From a virus (taxonomy: Duplodnaviria; Heunggongvirae; Uroviricota; Caudoviricetes): a DNA stretch of 64,000 bases. Both the position numbers and the translations under genes were made by a program. Below the pieces are notes generated by a model, which was given only the letters and a program-made list of their open reading frames with translations, ran no database searches and was not told where the DNA came from. The DNA lies in IMG/VR virus record IMGVR_UViG_3300047159_000064. One strand, 5' to 3'. This document shows, in pieces, positions 47,333 through 56,623 of this stretch (its first letter is position 1; the number at the start of each line of letters is the position of its first letter).

Positions 47333-48481
47333 TTATTCTCCGACCTTGGCTTCTTCGCGAAGCTTCGGAATGAGGTTGCTGATCGTGCCGCGATTGATGA
47401 CGACGGCTCTCTGGGCCGAATCGCAGTTGAGCGTGATATGGTCGCCGCGGCATGAATCGAGCACGAGCTTCAAATCGAACAAATTGAGCTTCATCGAACA
47501 ATCTTCTCCGACCGCGCTTTCGTTCTCGATGGACACGATTTCGGTGTTGCCTTTGCCGTCGTTGATGGTCAATTCGTCGGCGTTGAGCGACACAGTCGCC
47601 GGAACGTAGGCCATGTTGGCTTTTTCGGCGCTGTTCTTGGTGAACATCATCAGGCGCGAGATGGCCGAATCGAACGCAGGCACGGAAATGACGGCGTGAT
47701 CCGCATATTGCATGGACAAAAAGCGCTTCGTCGCGTTATAAGGCCCTTGCACCTTATTCAATAGGATATCGTCGTTGGTGATGATGGCGGCGACGTAGAT
47801 ATCCGGCGTCTCGAAAGACACCTTAGACGCTATCGTGCCGTCAGGGCGAGGATCGTGCCCGAAGCTGAACGCGACGTCTCCGCTGAACAGCTTGAACAGC
47901 TTGACGACTCGATCGTTGAGCAAAAGCTTCACCGGCTTTTCAAGCGAGAACGTGTTCCAGCAGGCGCCGATGGTGAAAGTCAGGCAGCCTGTCTCGTCGA
48001 TGTAATAAAGATGCTGAAGCTCGTCGACGTCGGCGCGGTTCTTCGTTTTGAGAAGCTCCTTGCTGTTGACGTTGAGGATGCTCATGAGGATGTCGTTGCT
48101 GATGTTCATCGTCACGGTCTTGTTGTCGATTTTGATGACCGGCAGCGTCATGAGCTTGTCGTTGTCGAAGATCATCGCCAGCTTGTAATTGCTCTTGCCG
48201 GAGCTGACAAGGACGACGTTGTCTTTGATGCTGAGATCGAACGTCTCGGACGTGAAACCTGAGATGAGGTTCAAGAACAGCGACGCGTCGACCACGGCTC
48301 TGAACTCCTCAGTCGAATCGACGCTGAATTTGACAGATACGTAGTATTCTTTGTTGGTGACGTTGAGGAACAGCGCCCCGTTTTTCGCGGCGATTTCTAG
48401 ATTTGCCGCGTTCTTGTCGACGTCTACGGCGAACAATATCTTATTCGCGGCTTCTTGGAATTCCTTAGTCTTAATCTGCAT
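47333..48481 (-). CDS. dnaN: Sliding clamp, bacterial beta-clamp type
   Basis: 382 aa three-domain pattern (FRAVVDASLF, KSNYKL, KLNLFDLK); next to the clamp-loader genes. Confidence 0.8.
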   Translation of the reverse strand: MQIKTKEFQEAANKILFAVDVDKNAANLEIAAKNGALFLNVTNKEYYVSVKFSVDSTEEFRAVVDASLFLNLISGFTSETFDLSIKDNVVLVSSGKSNYKLAMIFDNDKLMTLPVIKIDNKTVTMNISNDILMSILNVNSKELLKTKNRADVDELQHLYYIDETGCLTFTIGACWNTFSLEKPVKLLLNDRVVKLFKLFSGDVAFSFGHDPRPDGTIASKVSFETPDIYVAAIITNDDILLNKVQGPYNATKRFLSMQYADHAVISVPAFDSAISRLMMFTKNSAEKANMAYVPATVSLNADELTINDGKGNTEIVSIENESAVGEDCSMKLNLFDLKLVLDSCRGDHITLNCDSAQRAVVINRGTISNLIPKLREEAKVGE

Positions 48482-48514
48482 TATGTTTTTTCTCCATTCT
48501 TTCTTTGCTTTTTT

Positions 48515-48523
48515 ATTATACGA
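48515..48523 (-). promoter_or_regulatory. Candidate early/middle promoter TCGTATAAT
   Basis: Intergenic, upstream of dnaN. Confidence 0.55.
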
Positions 48524-48525
48524 CG

Positions 48526-49728
48526 TTACTTCTCCAGCTTGCCTTCTAGGTCGAAGTTAAGGTCTTCTCCGTCTTTAAGGCAGGCGTCGAGCACGTCTCT
48601 GCTGAACTCCGGGTATTTGGCGTACATCTTCTCGAACGCCTGCTCCCTCGGCATGCCTTTGACGCCTTTTTTGGCGTCGCCTTCTATCAGCTTGCTGAGC
48701 TCTTCCCTCAGCGTGTCGGCGACTTCGTCCGTGCCCCAGCGCGACACGACGGCAGGATCGCAGGCCATCGGGATCGAGATGTCGTTCTTGACGGCCCCGA
48801 TCATCACCTCAGGCAGGCGTTTCTTCACCTGCTCTGCGTAGACCTCTGGGCATTCGACGAGAACCTCGTCGTGTACGGTGATTATCAGCCTGGCGCCGTA
48901 TTTGAGCAGCTCTGGATCGCGCGTGATGTCTATCATGGCTTTCTTGGTGACGGACGCGGCGGAGCCCTGGATTCTCGCGTTGAAGCTCTGGCGCTCGGCT
49001 TGGGCTATGCGGCCTGTGTTGGCCTGGAGCACGACGCCGTCATGCGTCAGCGCGGTCAAGGCCAACGCCTCGTATTCTCTGTTGGATCTGAGCGATTTGG
49101 CGCGGGCTACGTATTCCTGCAGCGTAGAATCCGTCATAGGTCTGTTCTTGCAGGCCAGTATCGGATTGAACGACTGGTTGATCAGCTTGTCAGGATCTTT
49201 GTATTTCGCTTCATACGATGGAAGGAAATAATCCGGCAGATGGCGTCTACGTCCGAAAGCGTCTTCGACGTATCCGTGCTCTTTGAGCGCCTGATGCGTC
49301 TTGTCTATGGCCTCTTTTACCTTCGGGAAATCCTTGAAGAAGTTGTCCATCAGCTCCTGGCCTTCCTCAGGGGTCTTGCCCATTCTAGTTCCGGCAGTCC
49401 TGGCGCTCATGCCGTAGCAAATGGCCAACAGCATTACTTTGGCGGCCTTGCGGCGCTTCTTGCCTGCTTCGTAGACGTTGGTCTTATGGCCGCAGATCAC
49501 CTTTTTGCCGTCTATCTCGATTTCTGTGCCTTCTTTGTAGTATTCTAGGTTGTCTTCGTATTTGTTGTTGAACATGGACGCAGCGATCACGCAATAAAGG
49601 TCTTTGCCTTCGGCGTAAGCCTTCGCCATGTTGGGATCGCCGCTCAGGAACGCCGTAAGGCGCGGCTCCTGCGCGGAGAAGTCGGAACCGACTATCTTGT
49701 ATTTAGTCCTCGTATTCAAGCTTCTCAT
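48526..49728 (-). CDS. polA: Family A DNA polymerase, C-terminal part (motifs A, B, C)
   Basis: GSDFSAQEPR, RKAAKVMLLAICYG, IQGSAA, TVHDE; own SD AAGGAGG. Confidence 0.9.
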   Translation of the reverse strand: MRSLNTRTKYKIVGSDFSAQEPRLTAFLSGDPNMAKAYAEGKDLYCVIAASMFNNKYEDNLEYYKEGTEIEIDGKKVICGHKTNVYEAGKKRRKAAKVMLLAICYGMSARTAGTRMGKTPEEGQELMDNFFKDFPKVKEAIDKTHQALKEHGYVEDAFGRRRHLPDYFLPSYEAKYKDPDKLINQSFNPILACKNRPMTDSTLQEYVARAKSLRSNREYEALALTALTHDGVVLQANTGRIAQAERQSFNARIQGSAASVTKKAMIDITRDPELLKYGARLIITVHDEVLVECPEVYAEQVKKRLPEVMIGAVKNDISIPMACDPAVVSRWGTDEVADTLREELSKLIEGDAKKGVKGMPREQAFEKMYAKYPEFSRDVLDACLKDGEDLNFDLEGKLEK

Positions 49729-49744
49729 GATCTGCCTCCTTGCG

Positions 49745-51916
49745 CTAATACGCCAATATCTGCCAAGACCTGGAATCCTGGTCGTATTTCCTTCCGCGGT
49801 ATTCCACCGGCTCTCCGTCGACGATTATCCTGTCGCCTTGAGCCAGATCCTTGCAGTATTTCCAGCCGGTCTCTGTCTCGATCTCGTCCGTCTCGCTGAC
49901 GACGAACGGATCTGTCTCGGCGTCGGCTTTGGCCGTCCCGTACTTCTCAGTCGCCTTGAACAGCATTCGGACTTCGCCTCCGGTGCCTGATGAGGCGCCA
50001 GGGATGTTCTGGATGTTGATGCCGCTGACGACGACAGGCGTATCTGTCGCCTCGTCGTAGTATTTTATCTTGCCGCCTGACGAATAGCGCCCGGTGTCAG
50101 TGCCGAGTGAATTGAGGTGGAATCTGATTCTGTGATCCGGCCAATGCTGCGCCAGCTCAGGGATGACGTCTATGTACGTCGTGACGAGCTTGACGATGGC
50201 GCGTCTGTCCAAAATGGCCTGGCAGAGCGACCTGGCGGCCTCTATGCCCGCCTCGAACGCCGGACGCATCTCTTTCTCGAGCGTCTTGAGATCGTCTGGG
50301 GTGATGTCTTTCGTCAGTTGCACCGAGAACGTCTTTATCTTGCCGGAATCTCCGGCGTCGTCGCTTTCGTCCTCGTCGTCCTCGTCGGCGTCGTAGTCCT
50401 CGTCGTCTTCGTCTACGTCCATCGAATAGTCGGCCGGTTTCGCGCTTCTCTGAGGCTGCGCAGGCTCGTCGTCTTCAGACTGAAGGATAGGGGCCGCCTC
50501 GGCCACTTTCATGCGGCGGATCGCCTCTAAGACGTCGGCCATCGTGCGCTTGACTGCGTTAGACACGTATTGGCCTGGATCTTTCAGCTTGTCGGCAAGG
50601 TCTTGAAGCTCGGCTTCGCCTGTGCCTCTGCCGTTGTTCTTGACGTTGATCCTCAAGACGTCGTAGAACAGGATCGCCAGCTGCGAAGGCGACGCCAGAT
50701 TGATGTCTTCGTCTATCTGGAGCATCTTAGGCCGGCCTTCTTTGTAGAAGCGGCCGGTCGGCAGCTTGTTGCCTGCTTTGTCTGTCTTGAACGTGCCGTT
50801 CGGGTTCTGCTCGTACTCGGGGATGGTGTAGGTCGCGGTCAGCTTAGCCGGCGTCATCTTCGATTTCTTAGAAGGGAAAACGCGCGGCTTGTCCGTCGCC
50901 GAAGGAAGCAGCTTCCAATAGGCCACCAGCGGCTTGAGGTTGTCGAGCTTGGCTTTGATCTTGTCGTCTATGGCGGCCAATTGCGCGTTGTATTTGTCTT
51001 TGAGCTTCGCGCCGAACGCTTCGTCGACCGTGATGCCTGCCAGCTCCATTTCGGCCGTCACGACGACTATCGGCATCTCTATGCCCATGAAGATGTTCTC
51101 GTAAAGGCGCTTGTTCTCCAGTTTGTCGAAAAACGGCTTCTCAAGGCGCTCGTAGACTTTGTCTGTCATCATGGCGTCTGTGGCGGCGTAAAGGGCGAAA
51201 ATATCCGGATCAACGTAAGCGTACTGGATGTTCTCGAACAATTCCTCTATGTCGTATTTCTCTTGCTCCGGATCGATGTATTTGGCGTAAATGTACTTAA
51301 GTTTCGCGCCGGCGTCCTTGAATTCGTTCTCGTCCATCAGCCTGGCGCCGACGATTGTGTCCCAATTGGGAGGGACGGCGACGCCGCAGGTGCATTTGAG
51401 CACTTCGTAATCGAATTTGCCGTTGTGCATGACGACGAAGGTATTCGCCGCCAAGACGCGCTTTAGCTCTTCCTGGACGTCGCTTTCCTTCAGCTGCCAC
51501 GGAAGCCTTTGCTTCGTCGCGTAATCGACGTGGTTGATAGGCACGTAAGCCTGTTTCAGGCCCGGCGCGTAAAAGCAAGGCCCCATGATCTTGCAGGTCA
51601 CCGGATCGAGGCTGTTGTTGGTTTCTGTGTCGATGTCTATCCGCCCGGTGGCTATGCAGCTAGAAATATAGTCATGGAACGCCTGTTTCGTCTTTATGAC
51701 GATCACATTGTCTTTCTGCCTGCCTAATACGGCCAAAACGCGCTGGTTGATGATAGCCAAGCGCTCTGGGATCGACATGGCTTTGGACTTAAGCACCTTG
51801 CCTATGTCCTCTTCCTTGTCTGGCGTCACTTTGCCTTTGGCTTTCTTTACGAGCCCTTTGACGCCCGGCGAATTGACGACGATATCGAAATCGTCGCCGA
51901 ATAATCCTTCTGACAT
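49745..51916 (-). CDS. polA: Family A DNA polymerase, N-terminal part (3'-5' exonuclease and thumb) with acidic insert and Hint-like tail
   Basis: IDTET, HNGKFD, YAATDA, TGRYSS, INIQNIP; no 5' nuclease domain. Confidence 0.9.
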   Translation of the reverse strand: MSEGLFGDDFDIVVNSPGVKGLVKKAKGKVTPDKEEDIGKVLKSKAMSIPERLAIINQRVLAVLGRQKDNVIVIKTKQAFHDYISSCIATGRIDIDTETNNSLDPVTCKIMGPCFYAPGLKQAYVPINHVDYATKQRLPWQLKESDVQEELKRVLAANTFVVMHNGKFDYEVLKCTCGVAVPPNWDTIVGARLMDENEFKDAGAKLKYIYAKYIDPEQEKYDIEELFENIQYAYVDPDIFALYAATDAMMTDKVYERLEKPFFDKLENKRLYENIFMGIEMPIVVVTAEMELAGITVDEAFGAKLKDKYNAQLAAIDDKIKAKLDNLKPLVAYWKLLPSATDKPRVFPSKKSKMTPAKLTATYTIPEYEQNPNGTFKTDKAGNKLPTGRFYKEGRPKMLQIDEDINLASPSQLAILFYDVLRINVKNNGRGTGEAELQDLADKLKDPGQYVSNAVKRTMADVLEAIRRMKVAEAAPILQSEDDEPAQPQRSAKPADYSMDVDEDDEDYDADEDDEDESDDAGDSGKIKTFSVQLTKDITPDDLKTLEKEMRPAFEAGIEAARSLCQAILDRRAIVKLVTTYIDVIPELAQHWPDHRIRFHLNSLGTDTGRYSSGGKIKYYDEATDTPVVVSGINIQNIPGASSGTGGEVRMLFKATEKYGTAKADAETDPFVVSETDEIETETGWKYCKDLAQGDRIIVDGEPVEYRGRKYDQDSRSWQILAY

Positions 51917-51980
51917 AGAATACCTCGTTTCGCTGCCTGCCGCTTGAATATATGCGGCATATCAATATAGTATACGATAG

Positions 51981-52004
51981 AAAAAGGGCCAATTAAGGCC
52001 CTTT
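51981..52004 (-). terminator. Intrinsic terminator
   Basis: aaagggcc-aattaa-ggcccttt hairpin after ssb. Confidence 0.65.
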
Positions 52005-52022
52005 GAGACTTATAGTCTTAGA

Positions 52023-52937
52023 TTAGAACGAGAATCCGTTGAAATTACGCGCCGGACGAGTCGGAGCTGCCGGAGTCGTCGCTGCGGCCGGAGTTGTCGC
52101 TGCTGCAGGAGCAGCCGGCGCTGCAGTCGCCGGAGTTGTCGCCGGAGCGACAGGCGTCGCCGGATTGACGACGGCGGTAGCCGGAGTAGCAGCCGGAGCC
52201 GGTTGAGCGACCGCAGTCGTCGGCTTGGCCGAGGCCGGAGTCTTGATCTGCGCCGCCGGCTTTACGGCTTGCTGAGATCCGCTCTGGTAGGCAGGGAATG
52301 CGCCTGTGGCGATGAACGTGTCGATTTCGTCTTTGGTCTTTTCCCAATAACTATGCTTGGCGATGTTGAAATTGTCGAAAGCGCCGAAATCTTCGGGGAC
52401 GAGCTCAGGCTTGAACACGGTAGGAACGGCGTAATTCAAAGAATACGCAGTCTTCATGTCGCCTGCTTTGCCGTTGCGGGTGATTTTGAGCAAGACCTTA
52501 TGAAGATCGCCGTAATCGCGGAGCGCGTTGGCGATGTCGCGCGAGAACGCCGCAGGGCGCTCCCAAATGACCGGGATCGGCGCGGAGAACTGTCCGGTGG
52601 CGCGATCTTTGTAAGAGACGATCATCTGAATATAGACTTTCTTATTGGCTTTGGACACCAAGCCGTCCGGGCTGTCGGCTGCGGCTTTGCAGAGCGGGCA
52701 GTTATCGGCGTAAGCGCCGACGGGATTCAGGCAGCTGACCTTCATCCATTTGCCTTCCGACTGAACCGTGTGGACAGACGCGAAATCGAGGTCTTCGACG
52801 CTGCCGCAATTGATGCGGGCCAAAGCCTCATCGCCGTCGTCTTTGAGCTTGAAGAAGCCGACTTTGACGGCGTTAGAGCCGCCAGATTGCGCTTTTTCTA
52901 CTACTTTCTGATAGTCTTCGAATTTGAATTGTGACAT
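52023..52937 (-). CDS. Single-stranded DNA-binding protein (gp32-like)
   Basis: FFKLKDDGDEA.R, H...SC...CPLC zinc site, LKITRNG...TAY; Pro/Ala/Thr-rich tail. Confidence 0.75.
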   Translation of the reverse strand: MSQFKFEDYQKVVEKAQSGGSNAVKVGFFKLKDDGDEALARINCGSVEDLDFASVHTVQSEGKWMKVSCLNPVGAYADNCPLCKAAADSPDGLVSKANKKVYIQMIVSYKDRATGQFSAPIPVIWERPAAFSRDIANALRDYGDLHKVLLKITRNGKAGDMKTAYSLNYAVPTVFKPELVPEDFGAFDNFNIAKHSYWEKTKDEIDTFIATGAFPAYQSGSQQAVKPAAQIKTPASAKPTTAVAQPAPAATPATAVVNPATPVAPATTPATAAPAAPAAATTPAAATTPAAPTRPARNFNGFSF

Positions 52938-53000
52938 GTTTTTTTATCTCCTTTTATGTTTTTTTATTAACATGTGCGTGAGATTGTCAACTCACGCCAT

Positions 53001-53009
53001 ATTATACGA
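53001..53009 (-). promoter_or_regulatory. Candidate early/middle promoter TCGTATAAT
   Basis: Intergenic, upstream of ssb. Confidence 0.55.
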
Positions 53010-53046
53010 TTTAACGCCCGCGTTTTTAGCCTTGGGCCTGGGCTTT

Positions 53047-54018
53047 TTATTTGGCTTCGTCAACCGCTTTCCAGAAAGCGTCGTAGCTTAGGTCCCCGAC
53101 GTCTTTCGCCGGGTGCGGTATGACGACGTCCAAGAGCAGTATTCTCTTAGACAGCGCCTGATGGAATATCTGATTGAACCTCATTCCGGCCTCGTCGTTG
53201 TCGAAGGCCAGGTACAGGGTCGTCACGCACGATCTGTTTATCGCGTCTATCTGCTCTTTCGACGGCGTGCCTAGGCAAGCCATCGCCGGGCAGCCGTACT
53301 CTTCGGCAACCGCCCTGTCGAACAGGCCTTCCGTTATCAGGCAGCTTTGGGAATTGCCGGCCTCTATTTCGCCAAGCCCGTAAACCGGCTTCATGGCGAT
53401 GTCTTTGTCGATGTAGAACTGCTTGGTGTCTATCGAGCGCCTGAGCAGCGTTATTATGTTGCCGTTCCTGTCGAAGCAGGGGAACACGATCTGCCTGTAC
53501 TTCGCGTCGTACTTTATGTGAAGCCGCTGGCAGGTCTCTTTCGACAGCTTGCGCTTAGCCAGGTAGGGGCAATAGTCCTGATACTGGTCCAGAACGCTTC
53601 TGTCGACGAATTTCTTCGCCTTAGGCTTCTTCAGCGCGATATCGAGGTCTATCGGATCTTCCGTAGGCGCGACGTCGAACGCTTTCTCGCCGAAGTTGCT
53701 TATCAGCCACTTCTTGGCGAAATCCTCTGACGAATCGAAGCATTCGGCCACGAACTTGACGAACGAGCCTTGCTCTTCGCACACGAAGCATCTGAAGTAC
53801 CCGTATTTCGCCTCTCCGTCGTCTCCGACGTAGACATTGCACGCAGGCGAGCTTTCGTGGCCGCCGGAATGGTTGGGGTTCGGGCAGGTTACGACGATGT
53901 TGTCGCCTTTAGGCTCGACGTCTTTGAGCTTTCCGTTGGTCAAAACCAGCCTAAGCCGGTTTATAACCTCCAGCAAAGGCGTCGTTATGACGTAGTTGTC
54001 TATCTGAAGCGCTTTCAT
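53047..54018 (-). CDS. dnaG: DNA primase (CHC2 zinc finger plus Toprim)
   Basis: CPNPNH...CFVC, ITEGLFD, FDNDEAG, KDVGDL. Confidence 0.88.
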   Translation of the reverse strand: MKALQIDNYVITTPLLEVINRLRLVLTNGKLKDVEPKGDNIVVTCPNPNHSGGHESSPACNVYVGDDGEAKYGYFRCFVCEEQGSFVKFVAECFDSSEDFAKKWLISNFGEKAFDVAPTEDPIDLDIALKKPKAKKFVDRSVLDQYQDYCPYLAKRKLSKETCQRLHIKYDAKYRQIVFPCFDRNGNIITLLRRSIDTKQFYIDKDIAMKPVYGLGEIEAGNSQSCLITEGLFDRAVAEEYGCPAMACLGTPSKEQIDAINRSCVTTLYLAFDNDEAGMRFNQIFHQALSKRILLLDVVIPHPAKDVGDLSYDAFWKAVDEAK

Positions 54019-54022
54019 TTGC

Positions 54023-55297
54023 TTAGAACTGGTTAGTCCCTTCGGAGCTGTACGAATTCTTCATCTTCGTCGAATCGTCGTCGCTCATCTCCTCAGGCAC
54101 GAATTGGAATTGGCCTAAGTTGAAATCTGCTTTGTAGGTCAGCTTCTTGTCGTCGCCGCCGTCTCTCGATTTGACGACGTTGATGATGAGCTGGTCGTCT
54201 TTGCGGCTGAGCATGAGGACGATGGTGGCGTCTTGGCCGATGCGGTCGGACAAGCCGATCTGCGTCGTGTCTTGGATGTCGTTGCCTTTGTCGTCTTCGT
54301 TCTTGGTCCTGTTCATCTGCGAGACCGAGATGATGGGTATCTTCTTCATGACCTGGAGGTTCTTTATCGACTTGGAGATGTTAGCGACGCGCTCGTAGCT
54401 CTTCTGCGCGTGGCTAGTGTCCTCGAGCAAACTGTACTGGTCGACGAACAGGATGTCGAGATGCTCTTTTTCGATGAACGCGCGCAAAGCCTCGACGGTC
54501 GCCGGGCCTGCGATATCGGCAGGAGTGAGCACCTTGATCGAGCCGTAGCCCATAGAAGGAAGGTTGTCAATGTACTGCTTGTATTGCTTTTGGATGTAGG
54601 CCTGGCCTCTCATGATGCCCTTGTTGTCGATGTGGCCGAGCAGCGTGTCGATTCGGTAGCCTACTTTGTCCACGGTCATCTCTCCTGAGTAAATGCCGGC
54701 GCAAAGCCCCTGCTTTGATGCCTCAGCAGCCATCTTGATCAGCGTCCATGATTTGCCGATGCCGGTTCTCGCCGCGATGACCATGTTCTCGTTCTCGCGG
54801 TCGATGCCGCCGATGAGCACGTCAAGCTCCGGGAATCCGGTATGAATGTAATATTTTGACTGATCCGCGGTTCTGTCAAGATAGCGATCGTAGCGGCTGC
54901 GGTTGGATATGATATCGGTGCTGTTGAGCGCAGAGCCTCTGTGAAGATTGTCCACCGAATGCAGGAAGTAGTCGACGGCTTTATTCGTGTCGCCTGATTC
55001 CAGCATCTTCTTGATGTCGTTGAAGCGAAGGGCCAGATAGCTTGTGTTGTAGTCCTTGATAAGCTGCTCGAGCAAATAGTTGTCGGGCTCTTGAGTGTCG
55101 ACGATATCGAAATTTGGAAACGCGCTGACGAAGGTCAGCTTGTCAGGTATTTTGCCGTAGGTCTCGTAATGGGTCTTTAGGTAATTGAATTCCGCGCGAT
55201 AGTTGAAGAAATAGTCCTCGGTGAGGTTGTTGAGCGTCACCAAAGAGAAATCGCCTGTCTGAAGAATCTTGTTTATAACCTGCAACTGAGATGTCAT
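54023..55297 (-). CDS. dnaB: DnaB-family replicative helicase
   Basis: AARTGIGKS, SGEM, FVDQY, SQMNR, IGQDA, VKSR. Confidence 0.9.
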   Translation of the reverse strand: MTSQLQVINKILQTGDFSLVTLNNLTEDYFFNYRAEFNYLKTHYETYGKIPDKLTFVSAFPNFDIVDTQEPDNYLLEQLIKDYNTSYLALRFNDIKKMLESGDTNKAVDYFLHSVDNLHRGSALNSTDIISNRSRYDRYLDRTADQSKYYIHTGFPELDVLIGGIDRENENMVIAARTGIGKSWTLIKMAAEASKQGLCAGIYSGEMTVDKVGYRIDTLLGHIDNKGIMRGQAYIQKQYKQYIDNLPSMGYGSIKVLTPADIAGPATVEALRAFIEKEHLDILFVDQYSLLEDTSHAQKSYERVANISKSIKNLQVMKKIPIISVSQMNRTKNEDDKGNDIQDTTQIGLSDRIGQDATIVLMLSRKDDQLIINVVKSRDGGDDKKLTYKADFNLGQFQFVPEEMSDDDSTKMKNSYSSEGTNQF

Positions 55298-55299
55298 CT

Positions 55300-55983
55300 T
55301 TAATCCTCCACGCCTAAGCCGCGCTTGTCGGCCCCATGCAACTCGATGTCCTCTGAGGCGCTGCAGATCCTGCTTTTAAGGCGCGGCCCCAAAAGCGCTT
55401 CGAGCTGACCCGGATTCAGATTCGTCGTGAAAATATTGGATTTGTGCGCGTAAGCGCGCTTGTCGATTCTGCTGAGAAGCTGATTGAGCTCGTATTCGGA
55501 CCCAGGCTTCGTGCCTATGTCGTCCCACACGACCAGATCCGCGTTGTCTATGCCCAATCTGATCTCGTCCAGCTTCTCGTCTCGCTCGCCCCTGCCTATC
55601 TCGTCTTTGAGATCGAGCAGGAACTTAGGCACGTTGACGAACATCGCCACGCATTCGAGCGGAGCCTTAGGCCAGATGTCGTTGATGTAGCTTTTGAGCA
55701 GGCGAAGCGCCCAAGACGTCTTGCCGTTGCCGCAGTAAGCCGAGTGCAAATAAAGGCTCTTGCCTTCTGACACGAACGAAGAGATGTTCCTCTCTATCTC
55801 GGCCAAGCGGCCGAATTCGTCAAGGTCCGTGCCGTTGGGATCGGCCATAAGCGTCATATGCGGCCATTTGGACTCAGGGACCTGAGCCAGCTTGTAAAGC
55901 GTGCTTATCTTGTACTGCCTAAGGCAGAACGGCTTGTCGCAGTCTTTGTGGTTGCAGTTCCCGTACAAAAAACAATCTGTCAT
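55300..55983 (-). CDS. DnaC/IstB-like helicase loader ATPase
   Basis: GNGKT, LVVWDDIG, IFTTNL, PRLKSRI. Confidence 0.82.
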   Translation of the reverse strand: MTDCFLYGNCNHKDCDKPFCLRQYKISTLYKLAQVPESKWPHMTLMADPNGTDLDEFGRLAEIERNISSFVSEGKSLYLHSAYCGNGKTSWALRLLKSYINDIWPKAPLECVAMFVNVPKFLLDLKDEIGRGERDEKLDEIRLGIDNADLVVWDDIGTKPGSEYELNQLLSRIDKRAYAHKSNIFTTNLNPGQLEALLGPRLKSRICSASEDIELHGADKRGLGVED

Positions 55984-55993
55984 TTGGCGACCT

Positions 55994-56407
55994 CTACTTT
56001 CCGCTGGAGCCGAACGCGCCTGTCCCGCGGGCCGGCTCGTCGAATTGCTCGACGAAATCGGCGTACGTGACGGTGCGGACGACCAATTGGCCTACCTTCT
56101 CGCCTTTGGAAAAGCGGAACGGCTCGTCTTTGATGTTGGCTAGGATGGCGTTTATCTCCCCGCGATAGCCGGCGTCGATCGGGGCGTTCGACGCGAAGAT
56201 GCCTTTGCTGGAAAGGCCTGATTTGCAGTAGATGCAGGCGTCATAGCCGTCAGGAAGCTCAAGACCTAAGCCTAATCCGACCTTCACGACCTGATGCGGC
56301 GGTATGACGACGTCCTCCGTGGCGAAAACGTCCGCGCCAGAATCGTTCCAATGCGCTCTGACAGGCGCCTTCAAATAATTGCCGAACTTGATTAGCTTGA
56401 TTTTCAT
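55994..56407 (-). CDS. dut: Trimeric dUTPase
   Basis: DSGAD, KSGL, IDAGYRGE, GQLV, RGTGAFGSSG. Confidence 0.93.
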   Translation of the reverse strand: MKIKLIKFGNYLKAPVRAHWNDSGADVFATEDVVIPPHQVVKVGLGLGLELPDGYDACIYCKSGLSSKGIFASNAPIDAGYRGEINAILANIKDEPFRFSKGEKVGQLVVRTVTYADFVEQFDEPARGTGAFGSSGK

Positions 56408-56623
56408 TTTCTATGTTATCTCCAGAATTTCATTATAATATACGATGATAAAGGCGCCGTCGTTAGCCTAAAATGGAAAAAGCTAAATAAAAACCGCCGC
56501 ATATGCTGCGCGACGGCTTTAAAATTGCTGTTTTATCTTGTTTCATATTGCTTTATCCTTTTTATATACTAAGTATATAGTACAGTATCTTGCGTCGCGT
56601 TTTTCAGCGACCCGACATTCGCT

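Noticed and set aside
15352-49747. All three split genes (terL, topA, polA) break at a TAG, suggesting TAG readthrough (table 15)
   Set aside because: Two of the three downstream parts are out of frame with the TAG, and many ordinary genes end in TAG followed immediately by the next start.
52059-52200. Short tandem repeats resembling an array
   Set aside because: In-frame coding repeats of the SSB linker; no constant repeat with unique spacers. No CRISPR array seen anywhere in the window.
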